DNA from: a phage
DNA: 64,000 bases
Strand: one strand, 5' to 3'
Sequence record: PZ338878.1
Shown here: in pieces, positions 37,611-46,294 of the stretch
Layout: the number at the start of each line of letters is the position of its first letter
How positions within the stretch are numbered: position 1 is the first letter of the stretch
Program-made: the position numbers and the translations under genes
The notes under the pieces: model-generated
The model's database searches: none
What the model was told of the DNA's origin: nothing
The model's input: the letters and a program-made list of their open reading frames with translations, nothing else

Positions 37611-37888
37611 CAGTGTAACACTCCCAGTATGTTGTTTTGTGACATAACCATAGAACATTCAACATTATCGTGACTACGTGAAAAACGTTCCCAAACATCT
37701 TCATCGACTCGTAAAGCTATACAAGGATAGACGTTATCATTGATCATTTCAATTGAATAAACATCCACATTGTCTTCGTCTTCGATGAACATCATTGCAA
37801 ACTGTTCTAAATGTTTCCTAATGTAATGTACATCCTCTTCTGTAAGACCAATAACAAGATAACTTGCAACGATAACGCCATCTTTCAT
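37610..37888 (-). CDS. hypothetical protein
   Basis: 92 aa acidic ORF. Confidence 0.4.
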   Translation of the reverse strand: MKDGVIVASYLVIGLTEEDVHYIRKHLEQFAMMFIEDEDNVDVYSIEMINDNVYPCIALRVDEDVWERFSRSHDNVECSMVMSQNNILGVLH

Positions 37889-37898
37889 CTATATCTCC

Positions 37899-38408
37899 TT
37901 AGCGATAGAATTGATGTTCTTTGTAGCGGTACACTAGAACCATATCTTTTTCCCAGTGTGCTCTTATTGTAGATTTTTTAAAGTATAATGCTCCTTTTGT
38001 AATATCTAATGCAATTCGTAATTCTGGAAAATGGTTATCGAGATAAAGTAGACGTTCTGCTATAGCTTTAGCGTCTTTCCACTTATCGTGTTCCATAACG
38101 TTGAATGTCTTCGTGTAAGAGAATTGTCCTTTTTGAAACAAAACTTCTTTTATAGTATCAGGGAAATATGAATCTCTCGCCCTATTCAATACTACATTAC
38201 CAACAGCAGACATACCGCGCTTTCCTTGATTACGACTTTCTGCATAGATTGCACAAGCTAATAGATTTTCTTTACTATCACGCTTTGTACACTTGTGAAC
38301 TACTTTAGCAGTTTTTACGTTTGCAGCTTCGGCTTGCGCCACAACAGGTGTAAATGTAAAAGCAGTTAAGGATAGTAACGCAATTGCGACAAAGGTTTTT
38401 ATTGACAA
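37899..38408 (-). CDS. secreted cell-wall hydrolase, SleB/Hydrolase_2 family (candidate endolysin)
   Basis: N-terminal signal peptide (MSIKTFVAIALLSLTAFTFTPVVAQA); CAIYAESRNQGKRGMSAVGNVVLNRARDSYFPDTIKEVLFQKGQFSY resembles SleB-type hydrolases. Confidence 0.65.
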   Translation of the reverse strand: MSIKTFVAIALLSLTAFTFTPVVAQAEAANVKTAKVVHKCTKRDSKENLLACAIYAESRNQGKRGMSAVGNVVLNRARDSYFPDTIKEVLFQKGQFSYTKTFNVMEHDKWKDAKAIAERLLYLDNHFPELRIALDITKGALYFKKSTIRAHWEKDMVLVYRYKEHQFYR

Positions 38409-38471
38409 ACTTGCCTCCTATTTTGTTAAACGAACTTTTATTGTAACACAGAAGAGGCTATTTTGCAAGTG

Positions 38472-38490
38472 GAGGGGGATAATCCCCCTC
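38472..38490 (-). terminator. GC-rich hairpin (terminator or processing site)
   Basis: GAGGGGGA-TAA-TCCCCCTC perfect stem-loop between the 38501 gene and the hydrolase gene; no clear U-tract. Confidence 0.35.
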
Positions 38491-38500
38491 TTACACTCTG

Positions 38501-39103
38501 TTAGATATTGTAAACCTTTGTATGAGTTACTACACCATCTTCTACAAAATCAATACGTTCTTGATCCGTAACTAGTGCAGACAACACTTTAAATTTAATT
38601 TTTACACGTTCAAAAGCTGGTTGACCATCTTTAAGATAATTATGTTCAGTTGTCACTGTCTTGTTTACAAAATCAACTTTTGCTTTACCGTTCTCGCGTA
38701 AGTGGAATGTTTTTCCTGCTTTATACACAATTTCAACATTACCTTCGAGAGTAATTCCTTCAAAAAGTTCACCCTCTTCTTCATTTTCTTCACTTTTGAA
38801 CAGACGACGAAACTCTTCCATATCAAGATAAACAACATCTTCAGAATAACTATCAGTAAGATATGTCTTACCCTCCATTAACCCGAAATATTGCCAGATT
38901 GCCGAATAAACATCACTAGATGATCCAAGGGTTTCTCTGAGTTTAGTTCCACGGATTACTTCATAAACTTCAAAATTGAAACCAGACTGCAAAGCATCAA
39001 ACAGCACATCACTAACTTCTAAAGCATAATCTTCATTGTTGTCAATATCTACAAGAAAATTGCCGCTACGAATAAGTTTTTGACCTTCTAAAGTAATACT
39101 CAT
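38501..39103 (-). CDS. hypothetical protein
   Basis: 200 aa acidic ORF. Confidence 0.45.
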   Translation of the reverse strand: MSITLEGQKLIRSGNFLVDIDNNEDYALEVSDVLFDALQSGFNFEVYEVIRGTKLRETLGSSSDVYSAIWQYFGLMEGKTYLTDSYSEDVVYLDMEEFRRLFKSEENEEEGELFEGITLEGNVEIVYKAGKTFHLRENGKAKVDFVNKTVTTEHNYLKDGQPAFERVKIKFKVLSALVTDQERIDFVEDGVVTHTKVYNI

Positions 39104-39119
39104 TGTTTTCTCCTCTTTT

Positions 39120-39150
39120 ATTTCAAATATGCGCCCCGAAGGGCGCTATG
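39120..39150 (-). terminator. terminator-like hairpin downstream of terD-like gene
   Basis: GCGCCC-CGAA-GGGCGC followed on the minus strand by a T-rich run. Confidence 0.5.
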
Positions 39151-39167
39151 ATTTATTACTTGATGTA

Positions 39168-39764
39168 TTACTCGAACCAATCGTCGCCAGCGCCAAACGC
39201 TTTAACTACATCGTAAATGTCAAGCCCAGCTTTACCTACACCATATGCTTTCAGTTTCCATTCGCTATCTTCTCGCACCAGGGAGGCAACGTGGCAAATG
39301 GTGTTACCTGCAAGTTCTGGAGCCAAGAAGTCAAAGTCCAGCAGTTCAACATTACGTTCATCATCGAAGATTTTAAGGAAACCTTCGGTAGCGTGACCAA
39401 GGCGTTTCTTACCCGTTTCGTCATCAATAGTAATTACGAATGCAATTTCCTGTGCTTCAGCAGAGATATTATCCAGTGTAACATCAATCTGCTCCATCTG
39501 TCCTACACCATCACGAACATCTTCACCTGCAAAAGTAGAACGTTCAGGATCAAATTTCTGTGCGTAGCACACCAGGTGACGAGGAGACAACAGTTCCGGC
39601 AGACCAGATGCATTGTGTCGGCAAATCAGAGCACTAACATCCAGATCCAGTTTTTCGTTAGATTTCCAAGAGAATTCCAGACGAATGCGTTTCAGTGCTG
39701 GTGCGATCTTTTTCAGAGAAACTTTTTCGCTAGAACCTTTTTTCAGGGAAATTTTCTGAGTCAT
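39168..39764 (-). CDS. terD: TerD-domain protein
   Basis: ISLKKG...VSLKK, DLDVSAL, FAGEDVRDG, EIAFVITIDD, EWKLKAYGVG match TerD-family hallmarks. Confidence 0.8.
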   Translation of the reverse strand: MTQKISLKKGSSEKVSLKKIAPALKRIRLEFSWKSNEKLDLDVSALICRHNASGLPELLSPRHLVCYAQKFDPERSTFAGEDVRDGVGQMEQIDVTLDNISAEAQEIAFVITIDDETGKKRLGHATEGFLKIFDDERNVELLDFDFLAPELAGNTICHVASLVREDSEWKLKAYGVGKAGLDIYDVVKAFGAGDDWFE

Positions 39765-39837
39765 AATTTATTATCTCCTTTGTTGTTAATTTACGTTGTC
39801 TATTTTACTAATCTTTTCTACAAAGTCAAGCGTTTTT

Positions 39838-40632
39838 TTACGCTTTTGCTCCGAATTTTTTAACCCACTCACCAAACTCTTCAGATAACAATTTATCGTA
39901 AAGTTCTTCATCAGACAAGGACAAATCTGCAATACCGATAAAATCAACATTATCGTACTCTTTTGCCAAGTCTTTCAGGAATTTAAAGTTTGCATTACCT
40001 ACACCAACCATAAACCAGTAAACAGGCGTATTGCGGTGTTTGTTCAGTAAGCTACGTACTGCTGAAGTATCCATGTTTTCCCCGTCAGTTTGGAAGAAAA
40101 TCATTGCAGGAGTACGATCAACTTGTGCATCAGTATCTACAACCTGTTCTACAACAGTACGTGTTACTTCTACAAGTTCTTTTTTACCAGTTAGTTTAGC
40201 AAGGAAACCCTTAGCTGGGACTTCTTCATACTCAACGACTTCGCGTGTAATATTTTTCATAGGTACACTACCGAAGTATGTATCATAGATCTCCTGCATT
40301 ACTGGAGCATAAGCAGTACCACCATTGATGCAAACATTAGACATGCAAGAGCCGACATAATCATCATACACATCAGCCGTTGCAGGAGGCAGTTCAAAAG
40401 AAGAACTATTGAAAGCCCACATGTCAATCTGTGCATTGTCATCAAACTTCATACCAAACGGCAGCAGTTTACCTACAAAATCACTAACAGTGCCATCACG
40501 ATACAGCTCACACATACTACCCGAAATATCTAAGGCGCTACCGACACGAAGAACAACATCGTTAATCTTTTTCTTACGCAGAGATACAGTAAGAGTTTCT
40601 TGACGTTTTTTAAGACTGATTTTATTGGACAT
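39838..40632 (-). CDS. vWA-domain protein with TerD-like N-terminal motif (TerY/TerF-like)
   Basis: N-terminal ISLKKRQETLTVSLRK then MIDAS-type DISGSM. Confidence 0.6.
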   Translation of the reverse strand: MSNKISLKKRQETLTVSLRKKKINDVVLRVGSALDISGSMCELYRDGTVSDFVGKLLPFGMKFDDNAQIDMWAFNSSSFELPPATADVYDDYVGSCMSNVCINGGTAYAPVMQEIYDTYFGSVPMKNITREVVEYEEVPAKGFLAKLTGKKELVEVTRTVVEQVVDTDAQVDRTPAMIFFQTDGENMDTSAVRSLLNKHRNTPVYWFMVGVGNANFKFLKDLAKEYDNVDFIGIADLSLSDEELYDKLLSEEFGEWVKKFGAKA

Positions 40633-40633
40633 A

Positions 40634-40903
40634 TTATTTCTCCTTTCTGAGTGTAATGTTAGTAACTTCTAAATCCACTTCTACCATTTCTGTATCATAT
40701 GAAATACAGCTAAGTTGACCTCTTTGTGAACCGTTCAGACACATTGCTTGGTTTGTATTAACTTTAATAAACACTAAGTTTCTGAACGTATCTAAACCAG
40801 AATCTTGATACGCAACATAATATACGAATGTATCACCTGCGTCAAGTTCTCCAAAACATTTAGGTTCATCTGATTTATCGTCTTTGATATTAAATTTAAG
40901 CAC
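40634..40903 (-). CDS. hypothetical protein
   Basis: 89 aa. Confidence 0.4.
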   Translation of the reverse strand: MLKFNIKDDKSDEPKCFGELDAGDTFVYYVAYQDSGLDTFRNLVFIKVNTNQAMCLNGSQRGQLSCISYDTEMVEVDLEVTNITLRKEK

Positions 40904-41459
40904 TGTCTTCTCCTTTACCTGCCCTCCAGCCTAAATAGAAAGCCTCTCTGGTGATCTTTTGCAACTCGTTTAAAGAGATAGTTACAACTAAATTATCTTC
41001 AATTTCTAGCTTTGAGTCTTCTTCTGTCTCAATGCAAGTATTATGCACTTTGTGGTAAGGATTGTCAACACGTTTAAATTTATTATTTTCAGTGCTGAAG
41101 AAGCAATCTGGATCTTCTTCTCCATCACCCCAACCCTGGTTAGGGTCTTCTTCAGATCTTTCTGTTGGGATCTCACCTGTAAAGTGCTCTTCTAATACCA
41201 TAGCGATACCATCTCCAAGATCGGAAGAGAACATCAAATTACAAACTTCTTCCCAAGGCATAGACCACTTAAATCTTTTACGATTACCATGTTTATCTTC
41301 TTCGTTAGAGAAAACACTACCATAGCTATCATAATTGCCATACATCTCTTCAACAACTTTACCACCTTTCAAAAGAAATAGGTAGCAAGGAGAACCATCG
41401 AAAGAGGTAGAAAGAGCAGCATTGCCAGACTCTTTGCACAAGAAACTAAAACACCCCAT
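40896..41459 (-). CDS. hypothetical acidic protein
   Basis: 187 aa; C-terminal motif LNELQKITREAFYLGWRAG. Confidence 0.45.
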   Translation of the reverse strand: MGCFSFLCKESGNAALSTSFDGSPCYLFLLKGGKVVEEMYGNYDSYGSVFSNEEDKHGNRKRFKWSMPWEEVCNLMFSSDLGDGIAMVLEEHFTGEIPTERSEEDPNQGWGDGEEDPDCFFSTENNKFKRVDNPYHKVHNTCIETEEDSKLEIEDNLVVTISLNELQKITREAFYLGWRAGKGEDSA

Positions 41460-41659
41460 TATACACCAGCCTTAAGATCAATTAAAGCCAAAGTTGTTTC
41501 AGAATGTGTTTGCTCGTCTACAGGTGCAGTCATATGATAATACAAAAAGTCTTCGGCATCATACCAATCTGATTCTTGACCTTGTTTCCAACCATCAATG
41601 AAAGCATCCTCCATAATGGTTTGTAATTCTTCACGAGTTAAGTGAATATCTTTATTCAT
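41459..41659 (-). CDS. hypothetical protein sharing motif with upstream neighbour
   Basis: 66 aa; N-terminal LTREELQTIMEDAFIDGWKQG. Confidence 0.4.
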   Translation of the reverse strand: MNKDIHLTREELQTIMEDAFIDGWKQGQESDWYDAEDFLYYHMTAPVDEQTHSETTLALIDLKAGV

Positions 41660-41892
41660 TACACATTCTCCTCTTTTACCAATTCCATCGTTGAACTATC
41701 AAAACCATCTTTAGAAGAATAGGTATAGACAGAACGTAGTTCTCGCAGGACAGTAAATACATTAGGATCATCTAACCAAGCATCCTGGAGGAGAACATAA
41801 CGATCTTCATTGTCATACTGGACAGCAATCATAGAACCAGACAGTTTGTAAATTTTAATATTCATAATATATTTCTCCTTAAAGTAGACCAC
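41659..41892 (-). CDS. hypothetical protein
   Basis: 77 aa. Confidence 0.4.
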   Translation of the reverse strand: MVYFKEKYIMNIKIYKLSGSMIAVQYDNEDRYVLLQDAWLDDPNVFTVLRELRSVYTYSSKDGFDSSTMELVKEENV

Positions 41893-42982
41893 GTTTAACA
41901 GTTTGAATCATACCATCTTCAAGAGATTGCACTTCTTGAATGTAATCAATACGAGCAGCACGGGCTTCAGTGTTGATTCGGTTAGTTTCTTCCAACATTT
42001 TAACTAAGTTTTCTTGATCGCGACGTAATGTTTCAATATCCAATACTTGACGATTAGCAAGTTGCGTAGCTTCAATTTGGTTTTGTGCAGCCAGATCACT
42101 ACCCATTGCAATAGCAGCATTAAATTCATTCAGTACATTGTTCTGTGTATCGGCTGCTTTCTTCTGGCGTAGACTTTCAATATACATAGAAAAGTTTGCA
42201 GAGTAAGCAGGAATAACATTATTCACAATATTACGGGCTGATCGCATCAAACTTGCAGATACTTTCTGCATACTTTGTACACGTGGCCCCATCTGAACAC
42301 ACAGTAAACGCAAGGCTTTCAGGTCTGCAATACGAATTTCAAGCAGATCCATAGTATCACGAGTACGTTGACGCTCTTCTACTTCATTTTCAGGTAGTGT
42401 ATTAAGGCGAACTTCTTCTTTTTCATAAGTAGCTGTTAGAAGCTCTATATCCCTGTTTAAGCTAAGAGCATATTTTGCAATAGCCTCTTCTAAACGTTGC
42501 AGATATCGTAAAGAATCTTCTTCTTTTTTCAAGTCTGTTTGGAGTGTCTTTACCAAACCTTCAATACGATTATTGATGGTGTCAAATTCACCAAACAAAT
42601 CTTCTTTCATACCTAATACTTTCTTAACTAGTTTACCTAAGCCTTTAGATTGTTTAATAGAATTAGGATCAAGTTGCTTTGCTTGCTTAATAAGTGCAGT
42701 TAAACGCTCACTCATTTCATCTCCCTGAGATGAACGCTGGTGTTTAAGCACTTCCGCATTAAGGTTACGAAGAGTAAGTCCTGCATCAGCACCAACCTGT
42801 TCAATCTCTTCACGAGACATTGGAGGCAGCATTTGTACAGGTCGTGCAACAGCAGGGGCATATACAGGGCTTGCATCCATAGCAGTTGGAGCAAACAAAG
42901 ACTTACTTTTTTCTGTTGTTGCCGTGAATACACTCATTTCAGACGGTTTGCTTTTTACGGCACTGATAAAAGGACTGGACAT
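41879..42982 (-). CDS. telA: TelA-like toxic anion resistance family protein
   Basis: 367 aa, largely helical/coiled-coil, with size and pattern resembling TelA/KlaA; context with TerD/TerC. Confidence 0.55.
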   Translation of the reverse strand: MSSPFISAVKSKPSEMSVFTATTEKSKSLFAPTAMDASPVYAPAVARPVQMLPPMSREEIEQVGADAGLTLRNLNAEVLKHQRSSQGDEMSERLTALIKQAKQLDPNSIKQSKGLGKLVKKVLGMKEDLFGEFDTINNRIEGLVKTLQTDLKKEEDSLRYLQRLEEAIAKYALSLNRDIELLTATYEKEEVRLNTLPENEVEERQRTRDTMDLLEIRIADLKALRLLCVQMGPRVQSMQKVSASLMRSARNIVNNVIPAYSANFSMYIESLRQKKAADTQNNVLNEFNAAIAMGSDLAAQNQIEATQLANRQVLDIETLRRDQENLVKMLEETNRINTEARAARIDYIQEVQSLEDGMIQTVKRGLL

Positions 42983-43050
42983 TCAATTTCCTCCATATTC
43001 TTTAGTAGATGGTGATACCTCTGTACCACCATCATAACACAAATTAAGTA

Positions 43051-43902
43051 TTAAACAAACATATCTAAATAATTTGTAGTAATAAATGCTCCATCTGCTT
43101 CCAGATTAACATAACCAGTAGCATTAGTGGTTAAGAAATCCAGATCGAAGGACTCTTTAACACCCCGTACCTCAACACGAGAGATATCGAATACAGGTAG
43201 TGTAACAGCCTCTTCGTGCAATACCGTACCTTTGTAGGTTGCCTTAATGATAAACTTGATATTACCCGTTCCCGCATCATACAAAACACTTTCAAAGCCT
43301 TTGAGAGTATACTTATCACCAGAGGTGAAGTGCAAAGTTGCTTTGTTTACAGTACGTTTTTTACGAGGAGTTCCTTTCACACGTTTATGATCACTACGTT
43401 TTTTGTATTTAGGAATGAATACAAACGATACACTCTCAAGAAAAGTATCAACATCAAGGATTTTAATATCCTCTGTTGCAGCAAATTTTGAAGTCGTTGC
43501 ATCAAAATGCTTTGCTCTGCGATCATACATAAAGATATCAAACCGATCTTCTAAATCAAACAAATTGTGTATCTTAATTTCAGAATGCTTGCACATTGCA
43601 GCAACCTTAAACTCTTCAAAACGTGGGTGTTCTACAAGCTCTTCAAGTTTTACACCAAAGACAGTATATTGTTTCGAAGTTTTTTCTGGCGTTGGCATTA
43701 CAGAAGCATAATCACCGATTGCGCTTTTAAAGCAAAATTGTTCTTGACCTGTATTTTTACCAACGAATTTACAGTATTCGTCATCGTGCATACTTTCTTT
43801 GGTAGTACCAACAAACTCAAAACCATCTTTATTCTTCTCAAGAATTTCTTGATTAAAGATCCAACCTTCCAGGCGATACACTTTACCAACTTCTAGTTTC
43901 AT
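43051..43902 (-). CDS. hypothetical protein
   Basis: 283 aa; basic patch KKRSDHKRVKGTPRKKRTVNK. Confidence 0.45.
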   Translation of the reverse strand: MKLEVGKVYRLEGWIFNQEILEKNKDGFEFVGTTKESMHDDEYCKFVGKNTGQEQFCFKSAIGDYASVMPTPEKTSKQYTVFGVKLEELVEHPRFEEFKVAAMCKHSEIKIHNLFDLEDRFDIFMYDRRAKHFDATTSKFAATEDIKILDVDTFLESVSFVFIPKYKKRSDHKRVKGTPRKKRTVNKATLHFTSGDKYTLKGFESVLYDAGTGNIKFIIKATYKGTVLHEEAVTLPVFDISRVEVRGVKESFDLDFLTTNATGYVNLEADGAFITTNYLDMFV

Positions 43903-43937
43903 CTGTTTCTCCTTCTTATTTAATCTGTATTAAATTA

Positions 43938-44543
43938 TTAACGACGACGTGAGCTACTAAAACTACGTTTCGACGAAGAATAACTTTTCGAAGACTTACT
44001 ATAAGAGCTAATAGGGCTTGAGTAAGACTTACGAGCAGAGTAATCACTATTCACTTTTGTTGTTGATGGGCGTGAATACGTTTGTACACTTTGCTGCTTA
44101 ATTGTGTTTTGTTTAGTTGTTGTATATGTATTCCCTTGTTTATCATAAAAACTATGCTTTTGTGTTGTATATGATTTACTGTTAGTTGTAGGAGCAGCGT
44201 TGTTATTAATAATTGTTGTATTGCTACCGCCATCTCTATAACCACCACCGCCACTATTACCACTCAACATATGACCAAGAAGCATACCTGTAGCAAATTC
44301 ACCTACACCAGAAGAACCACTGCCGCCTCCTTGCACAACAACTGTTGAAGGCTGTGCAGGTGCTGCTTGAACAACTTGAGGTGCAGGTTGATTTACATAT
44401 TGTTCATCTACCATCTGATTTGGTGTCTGTTGGTAACGTTGGTTTTGTACATTTTCAGAATCATCACAACCTACCAGCAATGCACTACCTAAAACAACTG
44501 CAACAATAAAAGATTTAATGTTTTTCATTTGTAACCCTCTCAT
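43938..44543 (-). CDS. lipoprotein with Gly-zipper segment
   Basis: Signal peptide with lipobox (VVLGSALLVG-C); Q/P-rich linker; GGGSGSSGVGEFATGMLLGHMLSGNSGGGG; S/Y/T-rich basic C-terminus. Confidence 0.55.
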   Translation of the reverse strand: MRGLQMKNIKSFIVAVVLGSALLVGCDDSENVQNQRYQQTPNQMVDEQYVNQPAPQVVQAAPAQPSTVVVQGGGSGSSGVGEFATGMLLGHMLSGNSGGGGYRDGGSNTTIINNNAAPTTNSKSYTTQKHSFYDKQGNTYTTTKQNTIKQQSVQTYSRPSTTKVNSDYSARKSYSSPISSYSKSSKSYSSSKRSFSSSRRR

Positions 44544-44721
44544 TTAAAGTCTCGACACAATTTTTAAAATCTCTAGAGAAACAATACATCTGTTCTCCGT
44601 TCCTGTTGATAGTAATTGTATGGTTATCAACATATGTTGTCAAGATAAAAATCAAACAAAATAACCCTAAAGCAAAACAAATATTTTCAAACAGAATCCA
44701 AAGAACACGTAAAACCACCAT
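44515..44721 (-). CDS. small membrane protein
   Basis: 68 aa; N-terminal TM helix; GAGGTGA RBS; overlaps 5' end of lipoprotein ORF. Confidence 0.3.
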   Translation of the reverse strand: MVVLRVLWILFENICFALGLFCLIFILTTYVDNHTITINRNGEQMYCFSRDFKNCVETLNERVTNEKH

Positions 44722-44736
44722 CAGATCACCTCAATA

Positions 44737-44757
44737 AAGCCCCCGAAGGGGCTTAAT
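44737..44757 (-). terminator. terminator-like hairpin downstream of terC
   Basis: AAGCCCC-CGAA-GGGGCTT followed on the minus strand by TTTATT. Confidence 0.45.
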
Positions 44758-44760
44758 AAA

Positions 44761-45738
44761 TTAAGCAACAGACTGGTCTTCTTTTTCAGGGAAGATTAAA
44801 CTTGCAATAACACCCAGCCCCAGAGTACCTAACACAATATACATACTGATCGTCGGATCAATGTGTGCTGGCAGGAAACTCACTTTTGCGTGCAGAGTTT
44901 CTGCAAACGGGTGATACATCAGTTTTACACCCACAAATACCAGGACTACGATAACTGCTTTCTCCAGATGAACCAAATATTTCAGTGCAACACTAAGGAC
45001 AAAGAACAGAGCACGCAGACCTAAAATTGCACACAGCATTGAAGAAAATACAAGCAGAGGTTCTTGTGTCACTGCAATTACTGCTGGAACAGAGTCTACT
45101 GCAAAAATTACGTCAACCATTTCCATTACAAATACACAAACCAATGCAGGAGTTGCTACACGAACACCATTTTTGATTGTGAAGAACTTCTCACCATCCA
45201 TCTGATCAGATACAGGGAACAGCTTACGAACAATGCGAGTAGCCCAGTGCTTAGAGTAATCAACTTCTGCGTCATTATCTCCAGCAAATACCATTTTAGC
45301 TGCACAGAAAAGGATGACCGCACCGAAGAAGATATTAACATACCAACCCAAACTCAACAAGTAAGTGCCTACTGCTACAAACACACCTCGGAAGACAATC
45401 GCACCTGCAATACCCCAAAGTAGAATCTTGTGTTGCAAGTGTGTGCTTTTAATACCAAAACTTGCGAATACTGCCACAAATACTACTAAGTTATCTACAG
45501 AAAGAGATTTCTCCAACACATACCCACTCAAAAACAAGCTCGCAAAATCAGCACCGTGTTGGAAGTATACAAAACCATAGTAGGCTAACGATACCCCAAT
45601 CCAGAAAATTGACCAGCCAATTGCAGATTTAAATGAAATTTCTTTGTTTTCTCTGTGTCCAAAGAAATCAATACAAATCGACAAGACTAAAATACCCACT
45701 AAAACAACCACATCAATAATTGGGAAACCCAGTTGCAT
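44761..45738 (-). CDS. terC: TerC-family integral membrane protein
   Basis: 325 aa with multiple TM helices and the TerC-type LEKSLSVDNLVVF motif. Confidence 0.8.
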   Translation of the reverse strand: MQLGFPIIDVVVLVGILVLSICIDFFGHRENKEISFKSAIGWSIFWIGVSLAYYGFVYFQHGADFASLFLSGYVLEKSLSVDNLVVFVAVFASFGIKSTHLQHKILLWGIAGAIVFRGVFVAVGTYLLSLGWYVNIFFGAVILFCAAKMVFAGDNDAEVDYSKHWATRIVRKLFPVSDQMDGEKFFTIKNGVRVATPALVCVFVMEMVDVIFAVDSVPAVIAVTQEPLLVFSSMLCAILGLRALFFVLSVALKYLVHLEKAVIVVLVFVGVKLMYHPFAETLHAKVSFLPAHIDPTISMYIVLGTLGLGVIASLIFPEKEDQSVA

Positions 45739-45756
45739 TCTTTTCTCCTCTTTAAT

Positions 45757-45775
45757 GCGGAGGACAATCCTCCGC
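45757..45775 (-). promoter_or_regulatory. hairpin in terC 5' leader
   Basis: GCGGAGGA-CAA-TCCTCCGC perfect stem-loop 18 nt upstream of the terC RBS; no U-tract. Confidence 0.35.
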
Positions 45776-45815
45776 TCTATGTCGTATACTATAAACTGTT
45801 TTTAAAGAAAGTCAA

Positions 45816-46064
45816 CTAGTTCAGTTCTGTAATTTTAAGTTTATCTTCTTTGTTAATGATAGGGAAAGCTACAGCATCACCTACATCATCAATAAAGCAA
45901 ACAGCAAGACCACCTTCCACTTTGCTAACCTGACCATTAAAGGCGTGATACGGGGCAGGAACAATATCTCCATCTTCAAGGAGAATAGCCTCATAAACCT
46001 TACCAATAGTACAATCACGAGTGTTTTTAAATTTTTCAAGCACTTCAACATTTACTTTACGCAT
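45816..46064 (-). CDS. hypothetical protein
   Basis: 82 aa. Confidence 0.45.
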   Translation of the reverse strand: MRKVNVEVLEKFKNTRDCTIGKVYEAILLEDGDIVPAPYHAFNGQVSKVEGGLAVCFIDDVGDAVAFPIINKEDKLKITELN

Positions 46065-46078
46065 ATAAAGATCCTCTC

Positions 46079-46285
46079 TTATTTGTTAGATTGAAAGATA
46101 CCACGAAGTACCGCAAGAATGAACGTCACACAGACTACACTCCAAAACGTTACAGGAACATGATGCCAGTCTAAGCCGATAATGTCAATCATATAGTTGT
46201 ATGCTAAAAGCAGTAGCCAACTAGGGATTAACACAATCAAGAACACAACAATAAAACAACCTAATACTGCTAAAACACCTGCCAT
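46079..46285 (-). CDS. small membrane protein (two TM helices)
   Basis: 68 aa; VLAVLGCFIVVFLIVLIPSWLLLLAY and FWSVVCVTFILAVL. Confidence 0.45.
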   Translation of the reverse strand: MAGVLAVLGCFIVVFLIVLIPSWLLLLAYNYMIDIIGLDWHHVPVTFWSVVCVTFILAVLRGIFQSNK

Positions 46286-46294
46286 ACTTTCTCC

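Noticed and set aside
39129-39863. 244-aa plus-strand ORF antisense to the terD-like gene
   Set aside because: Lies entirely opposite a confidently assigned TerD-domain gene; Phe/Arg-rich low-complexity translation typical of antisense frames
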